NCBI GenBank assembly: GCA_963169515.1
Contig: CAUJEF010000031.1
Coordinates: 1 to 32,083 of the forward strand
From: Bdellovibrionota bacterium
Lineage (GTDB): Bacteria > Bdellovibrionota > Bdellovibrionia > Bdellovibrionales > JAEYZS01
Length of the DNA stretch: 32,083 nt
Reading direction: 5' to 3'
Made by a program: the position numbers and the translations under genes. Under the pieces are notes generated by a model, which had not been told where the DNA came from, did no database searches, and saw only the letters and a program-made list of their open reading frames with translations. Positions 1 to 8,531 of this stretch are shown here, piece by piece. How positions within the stretch are numbered: the first letter of the stretch is position 1; every line of letters begins with the position of its first letter.

Positions 1-463
1 GAGGGGCGCAGTTTAGTTTAAAAGATTTTATTTCAAACAACTGTCCAAAAGGCTCTGACTTTATAACGCAGCCTTTCGTCTCCATGAGATGGTTGAATGT
101 CCGTATTTCGGACGTAGCATTCTCGAGATAAATTTAAAAACCGTTTGAATGGCATCAGTAAACTGCAACGGCCATAGTGTCGAGGCTCAGATTGGCTTCG
201 GACTATGGTAGGTCCTCCTTGGAGATAGGGGGCGGTATGAAACGTAGGAAGGCTGGCAAGCTTTGTTATGTTAATTATCGGAAGGTTCTCCATAAACTTA
301 ACGACCTTTGGGGTTTTGTACGTTTGTTCGTTCTCCTTGGGAAGTTGGTTTATTTTCTTTATGAAATACTGAGGTAGTCCTGGGGCGGGCTTGGAACTCT
401 AAATTCTTTAGTTAAAACCCAGGGGGTTGATCGAGGTCTCGGCGCTTTAAAAAACTCTTCCGT

Positions 464-835
464 CTAACTCAGTAATGAGCGTGATCCAAAATAACCGACG
501 GCAACAGCGATAAACCCCAAAACTGGATTTAGGATAAGGTTGATCACAGCCGCGGATATATTTCCTTTTTCGAAAAGAACCAGGGACTGCAATGCATAAG
601 CAGAAAATGTTGTAAAGCCACCACAAAATCCAACCAGCATTGCTACGTGGACGGGTGGAGATAGAAGACTTTTATTTCCAGCGACTGCGATAATTCCGGC
701 AATAAGACAGCCAAGAATGTTTACTAATAATGTAGCCAATGGGAAGTTTTGAAAACGAGCAGCCAAGAATGTATCGGCTCCATAACGAGTGAGGACCCCC
801 GCAGCTCCTAGAATTGCAATTAATAATACATTCAT
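464..835 (-). CDS. crcB: Fluoride efflux channel Fluc/CrcB
   Basis: 123 aa with 4 hydrophobic segments; FPLATLLVNILGC and GFCGGFTTFSAY signature motifs. Confidence 0.95.
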   Translation of the reverse strand: MNVLLIAILGAAGVLTRYGADTFLAARFQNFPLATLLVNILGCLIAGIIAVAGNKSLLSPPVHVAMLVGFCGGFTTFSAYALQSLVLFEKGNISAAVINLILNPVLGFIAVAVGYFGSRSLLS

Positions 836-858
836 ACTTCCATCTCAGCATGAAAAAT

Positions 859-888
859 AAAAAAACCGAAGCGAAACTTCGGTTTTTT
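859..888 (-). terminator. Intrinsic terminator after rpsI (possibly bidirectional)
   Basis: aaaaaaccgaag-cgaaa-cttcggtttttt perfect hairpin, followed by a U-tract on the minus strand just downstream of the rpsI stop. Confidence 0.85.
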
Positions 889-910
889 GAAATCCAAATG
901 AATAAAAATT

Positions 911-1309
911 TTAGCGTTTAGAATACTGGTAACGCTTGCGTGCCCCGGCTTGGCCATATTTTTTTCTTTCGACCATTCGCGAATCACGAGTGAGGAACCC
1001 AGCCTTTTTTAACACCGGACGAAGTTCTGCGTCCAAAATAGTAAGCGCTCGAGAGACAGCATGACGAAGTGCCCCTGCTTGGCCTGATTTACCGCCACCC
1101 GCAACGTAAGCTTTTAAATCTAGCTTTGCCTTCATATTTGTTTCAATAAGCGGTTGATTGACGATCGCTTGGTGGGTTCCTAGAGGGAAGTTGTCCTTAA
1201 GATCTAGCCCGTTAACCACGAACTTTCCAGACCCAGGTTTTACATAGACTCGAGCAGAACTCGTTTTGCGTCTTCCGGTGGCATAAAAGAATTTTTCTTG
1301 TGCTGCCAT
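911..1309 (-). CDS. rpsI: 30S ribosomal protein S9
   Basis: [36 protein letters not shown]...QYSKR. Confidence 0.99.
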   Translation of the reverse strand: MAAQEKFFYATGRRKTSSARVYVKPGSGKFVVNGLDLKDNFPLGTHQAIVNQPLIETNMKAKLDLKAYVAGGGKSGQAGALRHAVSRALTILDAELRPVLKKAGFLTRDSRMVERKKYGQAGARKRYQYSKR

Positions 1310-1312
1310 GTC

Positions 1313-1786
1313 TTAGTTACCTTTCTTTGCTGTTTGTTCTTTTGTCTTTTTCTTTTTTGGGATTTCTAAAAGGGATGGATTTTGAGCTGCATGAGGATGC
1401 TCAGAGCCTTTGTAAACTTTCAATTTTGTCATTAAAGCAAAGGACAATTTATTTTCAGGCAACATTCCTTTTACAGCCAGTTGGATCATTCGTTCTGGAT
1501 CCGATTCTTGTAACTTTTGAGCAGTTTTACTTTTCAGAGATCCAAAAAAGCGTGAGTGCGTGAAATACATTTTTTGGTTTATTTTATTGCCAGAAAGTCT
1601 TACTTTATCGGCGTTGATCACAATAATAAAATCACCAGTATCAACATTTGGAGTAAATTGAACTTTGTTTTTTCCGCGGAGATGTTCTGCAATGGTCGTA
1701 GCCATACGACCCAAGGTTTGGTCCTTTGCATCGATTAACCACCACTTTCTTTCTACTTCGAGCGGTTTGGCGTTCCAGGTTCTCAT
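1313..1786 (-). CDS. rplM: 50S ribosomal protein L13
   Basis: [39 protein letters not shown]; upstream of rpsI. Confidence 0.99.
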   Translation of the reverse strand: MRTWNAKPLEVERKWWLIDAKDQTLGRMATTIAEHLRGKNKVQFTPNVDTGDFIIVINADKVRLSGNKINQKMYFTHSRFFGSLKSKTAQKLQESDPERMIQLAVKGMLPENKLSFALMTKLKVYKGSEHPHAAQNPSLLEIPKKKKTKEQTAKKGN

Positions 1787-1855
1787 GAATGTTCCTTTTT
1801 CAAAATGGATTCCCTAAGGGAATTCATACGCTAACTGATTTAAACGTAAGGGTTA

Positions 1856-1884
1856 TTTCTAGATTTCACGGCACTTAATGTCAA
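1856..1884 (-). promoter_or_regulatory. Putative sigma70 promoter of rplM-rpsI, overlapping the truA 3' end
   Basis: Minus strand TTGACA-N17-TAGAAA. Confidence 0.6.
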
Positions 1885-2632
1885 GCTCGGCGGGGTAAAA
1901 AACTTTGACCAGGTAGAGCCCCTCTGGTGGGGCTGTTTTTGCTGCGACTTGTCTATTCCGAGCAGAGAGAATTTCAATAAGCCTTGAGGTGGGTAACCTA
2001 TCGTTTTCCATAGCTAAAAGTGTGCCGACAATGTTTCGAACCATTTGCTTGAGGAAACCGTTTCCAGTGATTGTGAACTCTATCCACCCTGGGGCCGTGA
2101 GGGCCCATTTTATTTCATATATTTTTCGGTCTGTCGTTTCAACATCAGTGCCTGAATTTTGAAAGCTCTTAAAGTCGTGGTGACCAACTAAAACTTGCGA
2201 AATGCTATTTAGGTAGTTCAAATCCAAAGGCCTTCGAATAAAAAGGGATTGGTTCCATTTGAGGGCATCTCGAGTATCTGAGTTTCTAATGACATATTTA
2301 TAGGTTTTTTTAATTGCATCCCTATTTGCGTGGAAATCCTGTGGCGCTAGGAAAGCTTTTTTTACTACGATCGAGGGTGGCAAGTGCCCCTGTATAGCGT
2401 GAACCATTTCAAAAGATAATGGATCTCTTTTAACGTCAAAGTGGACAACTTGGTCCAAGGCATGAACGCCTGTGTCCGTGCGGCTTGAACTTACGACTTT
2501 GATGTCATCATCAAAGATTTTACAAAGAGCTCGGGTGAGCTCTCCCTGAACGGTTTTTTGTCCCTGATTCTGGATTTGCCAACCACTGTAGGGACTACCA
2601 TCATATTCAATGTGCAAGCGAACTCGAAACAT
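1859..2632 (-). CDS. truA: tRNA pseudouridine(38-40) synthase
   Basis: YDGSPYSGWQ, SRTDTGVHA catalytic motif, GNGFLKQMVRNIVG, TAPPEGLYL. Confidence 0.97.
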   Translation of the reverse strand: MFRVRLHIEYDGSPYSGWQIQNQGQKTVQGELTRALCKIFDDDIKVVSSSRTDTGVHALDQVVHFDVKRDPLSFEMVHAIQGHLPPSIVVKKAFLAPQDFHANRDAIKKTYKYVIRNSDTRDALKWNQSLFIRRPLDLNYLNSISQVLVGHHDFKSFQNSGTDVETTDRKIYEIKWALTAPGWIEFTITGNGFLKQMVRNIVGTLLAMENDRLPTSRLIEILSARNRQVAAKTAPPEGLYLVKVFYPAELDIKCREI

Positions 2633-2670
2633 GGCATGGGCCTACCATGGATGACGGGCGTCTGGCATCC

Positions 2671-3606
2671 TTAATATTCGATAAGGAATCCACCGTTTAT
2701 TACATTGTCTGAGAAATCGAATTTTTTGTTGAGGCCTGTAATAATTCGGTATTCGGCTACAAAATACATATGATTAATACCCTCTTCGCGATCAAGAACG
2801 ATCATTGTTTGCGGATTAATCCAATCCAATAGTAAAGCTAAACCTCCAGCTATGTGCCACGCCAAAGCTCCGCCATACTTGAAGTCTCCGTCATCACGAA
2901 GTTCGCCAAAGGTAAAATAGTCTATTCCACCTTCTCCATAAGGAACAATGATTTGATTATGAAAATAATCCGCCCGATAAGTGATCGCCACGTTGTTTGG
3001 TAAAATGTAAAAACTGTATTTTTCTAAGGGCTGTTTATCTGGAGTATCATTTGGAGATCCTTGCTCCCACCGGCCATTGCCCTGGGCATAGGATAGACCG
3101 CTTCCGACTTTGAGAGCTAATTTCCCAGCGCTTTTAAAAAATTGCCATTCCCAATCTCCAAATAAGGTAATTGCGGAACCGCCGCCATAAATATCCTCGT
3201 ACGAATACCCAGCAGCACTGTTGTAGAGATTAGAGAGTGTCAGGCTGCCAAATCGAAATGAAAAGGCGTTGTGCTGCGGCGATCGTTTTACCTGGTATTG
3301 ATACTCATTTTTTTTTGTGATCCTAAAAAGTCCCTTTTCTTTATTAAGCTGCTTAACTCGAGATTCTTCGGGCAGCCGGCGCTTCTGCTGTTTCCAGCGG
3401 GGAACAAAGGGCTTAGACTCTGGATATTCATCAGTCAGTAGTCGTTCGTCATCAAGGGTCGCTTCAGCTTCGCGAGCTGTGTTAAAGGGAGGTTCGTTGG
3501 GGGCTTCTTCGTACTGATCAAGGGAGCGTGCCATGTTTAAGTCCGCCGAAGTAATTTCTGCTAAAACAGGCTGTGCGATAAGTACAATCAAAAATGCTGC
3601 AATCAT
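2671..3606 (-). CDS. Outer-membrane beta-barrel protein, MXAN_2562-like
   Basis: Signal peptide (..QPVLA|E); alternating beta strands; LLDWINP...REEGINHMYFVAEY motif; terminal aromatic residue (GFLIEY). Confidence 0.65.
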   Translation of the reverse strand: MIAAFLIVLIAQPVLAEITSADLNMARSLDQYEEAPNEPPFNTAREAEATLDDERLLTDEYPESKPFVPRWKQQKRRLPEESRVKQLNKEKGLFRITKKNEYQYQVKRSPQHNAFSFRFGSLTLSNLYNSAAGYSYEDIYGGGSAITLFGDWEWQFFKSAGKLALKVGSGLSYAQGNGRWEQGSPNDTPDKQPLEKYSFYILPNNVAITYRADYFHNQIIVPYGEGGIDYFTFGELRDDGDFKYGGALAWHIAGGLALLLDWINPQTMIVLDREEGINHMYFVAEYRIITGLNKKFDFSDNVINGGFLIEY

Positions 3607-4892
3607 ATTGCTGCCTTGTTATCTTTATGAATTTTTAGGGCGATCAGAATAGCGCTGAATAAAGAAATCAAAACCAAATTTGCAGCAACAGTTCCCATAT
3701 TGAGATACATCCAAGCAAGTCCCCAGAGCGGAAAGAGAATCATTCTTGCGCCAGCTCGTAAGTAGTCATTTTCGGCAATCACCTTTGCCAAAGGGGGTGA
3801 GTTTTCATAATAAAATTTTACAAACTTTTTCCCGATAAATGATGTTCTTAGGAATTGATCTCGGAAATCCCGAAATGTTTGGACGTGTGGGTCTAATATG
3901 GATCCGAATGCTGCGGTTGCAATAAAACAATTTTGCTTGTCCTCTAGAATTCCAAAAACGTCGTCCGGCATTGCTGTGTGCGTGCCGGCGACACAGGCAG
4001 TTGTGAAAAGCCCAATATTTTCGGCGTCATCTTTTGCGGCCATCCGAAAAACATAAGTAATATCGTTGGTCAGGTGTCTGATTCGATTATCCGTTAATTC
4101 ACCATTGGCATTTACATCAGTAAAATATGGAGAACTTTCAGCCGTGGTATTATTCACAACTGATGCAAAATTGCTGCAATCCCCAGGGTCTTGTGCATAA
4201 AAGGCTCCGATCTGCTGGATGTCAGCGGCCCCGTGTTCGGGCGAATAGCCTGCGGTTACAGAATAGCTTTCGATGGATTTTAAATAGACCTTTTCATCTC
4301 CAGGATAAGCGACAAAAGATTCAATACTTGCCGTGATGGCCGCACCTGCAAGATCATCAAGCCCTGCGACAACAACATAAAATTGTTTTTTGTCGTCCAA
4401 GGTTCCGCAGGTCCCGCTTTTGGCAACACCAGCTTCCAATGTAAATTGCTGAGAAAGCGTGTATGCATCCCCACAGCTCGTAAGCGCCGGCGAACCCACT
4501 TTGTTACAGAGCTCCTGCCAAGGCACTTGTATCGTAACAGTGTTACCCGCAACGTAGCCGTTGACGGGAGTGCCAACGGGTGTAGAGGTAGTTCCGGAAA
4601 CGACAACACAGGCGGCTCCGCTTTCAGTAGATTTAAAAGTAACAGATAATAAAAGCCCGTCTGTAACCCGCCGATTATTACACGCGGTAAGCCCGCCAGC
4701 ACAGTTGTTGCAGACGCTAGTAGAGCTTGGGCAGGAGCCACCAGTTTGAGAACCGGCAATACCGCCGTAGACAGTGACATTGCCGCCTGTGTCTGTAACA
4801 CGGGAAGCTGTGCGTGTGTCTACCGAGAAATCTGAAATAGTCGCAAAACTAGAGATTGAATAAAAAAGCACAACAAAGACTACTGATTTCAT
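3603..4892 (-). CDS. Secreted Cys-rich/FN3-like surface protein with CFI-box-CTERM domain (MXAN_2561-like)
   Basis: Signal peptide; Cys-rich N-terminal region; PGDEKVYL...LTNDITYVFRMAAKDDAENIG FN3-like segment; CFIATAAFGS...FRDFRD...YYENSPPLA motif followed by a TM segment and basic tail. Confidence 0.75.
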   Translation of the reverse strand: MKSVVFVVLFYSISSFATISDFSVDTRTASRVTDTGGNVTVYGGIAGSQTGGSCPSSTSVCNNCAGGLTACNNRRVTDGLLLSVTFKSTESGAACVVVSGTTSTPVGTPVNGYVAGNTVTIQVPWQELCNKVGSPALTSCGDAYTLSQQFTLEAGVAKSGTCGTLDDKKQFYVVVAGLDDLAGAAITASIESFVAYPGDEKVYLKSIESYSVTAGYSPEHGAADIQQIGAFYAQDPGDCSNFASVVNNTTAESSPYFTDVNANGELTDNRIRHLTNDITYVFRMAAKDDAENIGLFTTACVAGTHTAMPDDVFGILEDKQNCFIATAAFGSILDPHVQTFRDFRDQFLRTSFIGKKFVKFYYENSPPLAKVIAENDYLRAGARMILFPLWGLAWMYLNMGTVAANLVLISLFSAILIALKIHKDNKAAI

Positions 4893-4912
4893 CTCGGCCT
4901 CCGGTAGGTAAA

Positions 4913-4941
4913 ATCAGATCATGGCAAGAGGATATTGTCAA
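4913..4941 (-). promoter_or_regulatory. Putative sigma70 promoter for the CFI-box/barrel operon
   Basis: Minus strand TTGACA-N17-TCTGAT with TG extension; GGAGG SD before the start at 4892. Confidence 0.5.
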
Positions 4942-4957
4942 AAAATTATCAGGTAAA

Positions 4958-5986
4958 TTATTGATCTATTTTGTAAATATATTCTGCAATTTGAATACCG
5001 TTTAAAGCCGCGCCTTTACGTAAATTGTCTGCAACAACCCACAGTAACCATGTGTGGGGGTCGTTTAGATCTCTGTGAATTCGTCCCACATAAACCGGGT
5101 CTGTGCCATTTGCGTGAAAAGCAGTTGGATACTTGTTTTCGGCCAAGCTGTCGATGACTTGGATGCCTGGCGATTTATTTAATAAACTAATAATTTGTTC
5201 GCGATGAGCTTTTTGTTTTAGCGTTACCCAGACTGCTTCGCTGTGTGAATTTAGCGATGGAACCCGGACTGTAAATGCCGAAATCTTTAAATCAGGAAGA
5301 TCCATAATCTTTCGGGTTTCGTTCATTACCTTGATTTCTTCAGAGCAAAAACCAGTTTCATCAAAAGTCCCAATTTGTGGAATATTGTTGAATGCAATCT
5401 GGTGTGGGAAAACTGATGGAGTTACAGAGTTGTTATTCAAAATCGCCAAACACTGGCTTTTTAGTTCTTCAATTGCTTCACGACCAGCCCCACTGACAGA
5501 TTGATAGCTTGCCACCTGAACACGTTCAATTCCAAAAGATTTTTTAAGTGGCTCCAATGCAACAACCAATTGAACAGTAGAGCAATTTGGGTTCGCGATG
5601 ATTTGTGGTTTGGGTGTGTCTGTTTTTAAAACAGTGCCATTTACTTCAGGCACGACCAAGGGGACTTCGGGGTTCATTCGGAACGCCGAAGAATTATCGA
5701 TCACGATACAGCCTTCAGTCACAGCCCGTGGCGCCCAATCTAAACTGATCTGTTCGCCGGCAGAAAAAAATACAACATCAAGTCCTTTGAAACAGCCGTC
5801 TTCGAGGGCTCGAACGGGAATGTCTTGCTTCCTAAAGCGAACATGTTGGTTTTGTGAATTTAAACTTGCGAAAGGTCGCAGCTCTTCTATTGGAAATTTT
5901 CTTTGTTCAAAAATTTTTATAAATTCTTGACCGACAAGGCCTGTTGCTCCGACAACGCCTACTTTTAGCATTCTAATGGGACTCAT
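4958..5986 (-). CDS. asd: Aspartate-semialdehyde dehydrogenase
   Basis: GATGLVG, IDNSSAFRM, IANPNCST catalytic Cys, YQSVSGAG, DNLRKGAALN. Confidence 0.98.
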   Translation of the reverse strand: MSPIRMLKVGVVGATGLVGQEFIKIFEQRKFPIEELRPFASLNSQNQHVRFRKQDIPVRALEDGCFKGLDVVFFSAGEQISLDWAPRAVTEGCIVIDNSSAFRMNPEVPLVVPEVNGTVLKTDTPKPQIIANPNCSTVQLVVALEPLKKSFGIERVQVASYQSVSGAGREAIEELKSQCLAILNNNSVTPSVFPHQIAFNNIPQIGTFDETGFCSEEIKVMNETRKIMDLPDLKISAFTVRVPSLNSHSEAVWVTLKQKAHREQIISLLNKSPGIQVIDSLAENKYPTAFHANGTDPVYVGRIHRDLNDPHTWLLWVVADNLRKGAALNGIQIAEYIYKIDQ

Positions 5987-6013
5987 TTAACCTCCGGCGG
6001 TGAAATAACTAGG

Positions 6014-6826
6014 TCACCTGTCGAAATTTTCGGATTCAGAATAACGCATTTTTTCCATTTTTCGAATTTTTCTTTTTAAACGCGTGTCGCGTCCGAAATT
6101 AAACACGCCAAAGATCGCTCCCAAGCCACCATAGGTTAAAAACAAGAGGAATAACATTAGTTCGGGACGAGACGCGACCAGAACCAAAAGCAAAACACCC
6201 AAAACTAAATACCGAAAAGGAACTTGCCTTCGAAAATCAAGGTCCTTAAAGCTTCTATATTTGAAGTTAGAAACCATTACAAATGCGACAAGGAAACAAA
6301 GAGTGAGCAGACCCCAGTGCCGTTCCGCTTCCCAGCCCAATTCTTGGAACGCAAGGACCGCACTTGCGACGATCCCTGCCCCCATCGGGGAAGGGAGGCC
6401 TTGAAAGTCTTTGCGTTCTACATTGACAGCTTGAACATTGAAGCGTGCAAGCCTGAGAGCTGCGCAAGCAACGTAAATGAAGCTCGCAAGCCATCCAATA
6501 CGTTCAAAAGGTTGTAGTGCCCAAAGGTAAAGCAATAAGCCTGGTGCTGCACCAAAACTGATCAGGTCGGACAAAGAATCGTATTGAGCGCCAAAATTGC
6601 TGGTTGATCCCGTGATCCTTGCAACTCGCCCGTCCAACTGGTCAAAGATTGCAGCGGTCACGATGGCGTAAGCGGCAAGAGAAAAATTCCCATTAATCGA
6701 ATTAACGATGCTGAAGTATCCAAAAAACATACTGGTGGTGGTCAATAAGTTCGGAAGAATGTAGAGGTGAACGCCCGGCTTGCGAGGCTCGCCATTATCG
6801 AAATCAGGATTGCGTCGTCGAAACAT
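6014..6826 (-). CDS. pssA: CDP-diacylglycerol--serine O-phosphatidyltransferase
   Basis: LPNLLT; DQLDGRVAR...G..YDSLSDLISFG CDP-alcohol phosphotransferase motif; LRLARFN; FQGLPSP. Confidence 0.93.
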   Translation of the reverse strand: MFRRRNPDFDNGEPRKPGVHLYILPNLLTTTSMFFGYFSIVNSINGNFSLAAYAIVTAAIFDQLDGRVARITGSTSNFGAQYDSLSDLISFGAAPGLLLYLWALQPFERIGWLASFIYVACAALRLARFNVQAVNVERKDFQGLPSPMGAGIVASAVLAFQELGWEAERHWGLLTLCFLVAFVMVSNFKYRSFKDLDFRRQVPFRYLVLGVLLLVLVASRPELMLFLLFLTYGGLGAIFGVFNFGRDTRLKRKIRKMEKMRYSESENFDR

Positions 6827-7455
6827 TAAAAACCGCCAAATGTATTAAATAAAACCCACAGTAAACTAGCACTGATGACAGGAAAAGTAAAATTATCGTC
6901 AATGCGACCGATGGGAATTAACTCTGAAACGGCACCAATAAAGCCGGCGATGATGCTAACAAGGATCCATCGGTCGTGTAGGATTTCCATTGCATTAAAG
7001 TAAACCATAGTCACAATCACACAGGTGAAAAATGCGGCGAGGGCCCCCTGAAGGGATTTATTGCCGATGATTTTGTCTTTGCCGAATAGGATGCCAACAA
7101 TACTTGCGATCGGATCCCCAAAGGCCAAAAATAAAAGTGCAAGAGTTGCAACCGGCTTGGGAAAAATAACTACGATAACTAAAACCCCAAGAATCAAATA
7201 GGTCATTCCGCTGAAGCTGCGCAGCTCAGTTCGCCGCAAAACTGAGGCAAGAAAAAATTTAACTAAAATGCGGTTGATGGGCGGATATTTAAAACGCAAA
7301 AATTCCAAAATTAAAGTGAGCACAGAAAAAAAAGCGGTGACCTCGACTGCCAGAGTATGGGGCATAATTTGGTACAGGTAAACTACTGTGCACACGCCCA
7401 AGACATGGTACAGCCTTCGCACTAAATGAAGATCATTCCGAACTTTTAAAGACAT
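6826..7455 (-). CDS. CTP-dependent diacylglycerol/polyprenol kinase family (SEC59/DGK1/VTE5-like) membrane protein
   Basis: RRLYH, FGDPIASIVG...KSLQG, IDDNFTFP motifs; multiple TM segments. Confidence 0.85.
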   Translation of the reverse strand: MSLKVRNDLHLVRRLYHVLGVCTVVYLYQIMPHTLAVEVTAFFSVLTLILEFLRFKYPPINRILVKFFLASVLRRTELRSFSGMTYLILGVLVIVVIFPKPVATLALLFLAFGDPIASIVGILFGKDKIIGNKSLQGALAAFFTCVIVTMVYFNAMEILHDRWILVSIIAGFIGAVSELIPIGRIDDNFTFPVISASLLWVLFNTFGGF

Positions 7456-7718
7456 AATGTGGGGACAGACTCGCCTATGCAGAGCAATCTGTAAAATGAT
7501 TTTTAAGGGGGTTTTGGTTAAAACCGTGAACCTTTTTTGTCAGTCAGTGATTAGTTTTTAGGTCATCATAACATATGAAAATAATTGAACTTTTTGTCGG
7601 CTATAAAGTTTCTGTTGAAAATCGAAATAGGGGGTCTTTTTGGCGCTATCTAAAACATCAGTAAATTCAATGAGTTACCGCGAATAAAAACGTCTTCTTA
7701 TTGCAAAATAAGTGGCAT

Positions 7719-8531
7719 ATGTACAAGCGCTTGACCTACTTTTTTTTGGCCTTTTTCCTGGGGCTACTTTTAGCTCCAATGGCCATTGCTACGCCTTCAG
7801 AATTTTCGTGGAGAGAGCAGGACAGCCGCCGCGGCTATGTGAGCGTCATTGATCAAGCAGATGATACCACAGGAACCCCACTTGTTTTTATCGATAATCC
7901 TGACGCGAATGAGCGCACGTTGCGGGAAAAAATTTTCGATGAGCGACTGACGAAAGAATTCACGTTGAAGTATCAGGAAAAATTTGGCCGCACTGAGGCT
8001 GAAACATTTTATACGCGCAGTAATGTTTTTGAATACCTGAATGTTCAAGGAAGAGAATATTCTCAAGAACAATACTACGATGAACAGAAATCGTTCGGAA
8101 CCTATATGGTTCGTCGAACCGTAGAATACCATATCGATTCGAAGGGACGAGATATCGCCCCAGCGGTGATTGAAACAAAGGAAAAATTGCAAAATGTGAA
8201 TGTCGGTATTGGGAAGAATATCAAGATCAAAGCAAAATATTCCATTGCAGCCAATGATTTTGGCGTTCGGATCGAAAACCCAATAATTGATTACCGGATG
8301 ACCATACCGAGCCATTTATCTGGCACGATAGTGAGCGTCGGTAAAGGAATCGGGCACCTGTATTATATGGAATCGTATTATTACTGTAGTACTGGTGCTA
8401 TTTCTTTAATCGGGCGGCGCAAATTGACTGAACTGGCCTCTGTGAGTATTACGTTGACTCCAAACTACTGGCGTCCAGAAGAAAGGGTTCGAGAGAAATT
8501 TGGTTTGGCGGGACTGACATGGGGATTTTAA
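7719..8531 (+). CDS. Exported hypothetical protein, possible outer-membrane beta-barrel
   Basis: ATG at 7719 gives a signal peptide (MYKRLTYFFLAFFLGLLLAPMAIA); beta-strand-like C-terminal half; terminal GLTWGF. Confidence 0.7.
   Translation: MYKRLTYFFLAFFLGLLLAPMAIATPSEFSWREQDSRRGYVSVIDQADDTTGTPLVFIDNPDANERTLREKIFDERLTKEFTLKYQEKFGRTEAETFYTRSNVFEYLNVQGREYSQEQYYDEQKSFGTYMVRRTVEYHIDSKGRDIAPAVIETKEKLQNVNVGIGKNIKIKAKYSIAANDFGVRIENPIIDYRMTIPSHLSGTIVSVGKGIGHLYYMESYYYCSTGAISLIGRRKLTELASVSITLTPNYWRPEERVREKFGLAGLTWGF

Noticed and set aside
359..463. In-frame open continuation after the crcB TAG (TEEFFKAPRPRS...), suggesting stop read-through
   Set aside because: CrcB is already full length, an open run of about 34 codons is expected by chance, and other genes use TAG as a normal stop
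836..910. Fluoride riboswitch upstream of crcB
   Set aside because: The gap is only 75 bp and is largely occupied by the rpsI terminator; no GAUGG...GCUGAUGAC-type consensus is visible
3692..3705. 14-mer TTCCCATATTGAGA repeated at 24558-24571
   Set aside because: One copy is inside a CDS, and a few 14-mer matches are expected by chance in 32 kb
4280..4801. 173-aa alternative-frame ORF and other short nested or antisense ORFs (e.g. 7797-8315, 12710-13087, 21072-21440)
   Set aside because: They lie within well-supported genes and have no recognisable motifs; treated as shadow ORFs
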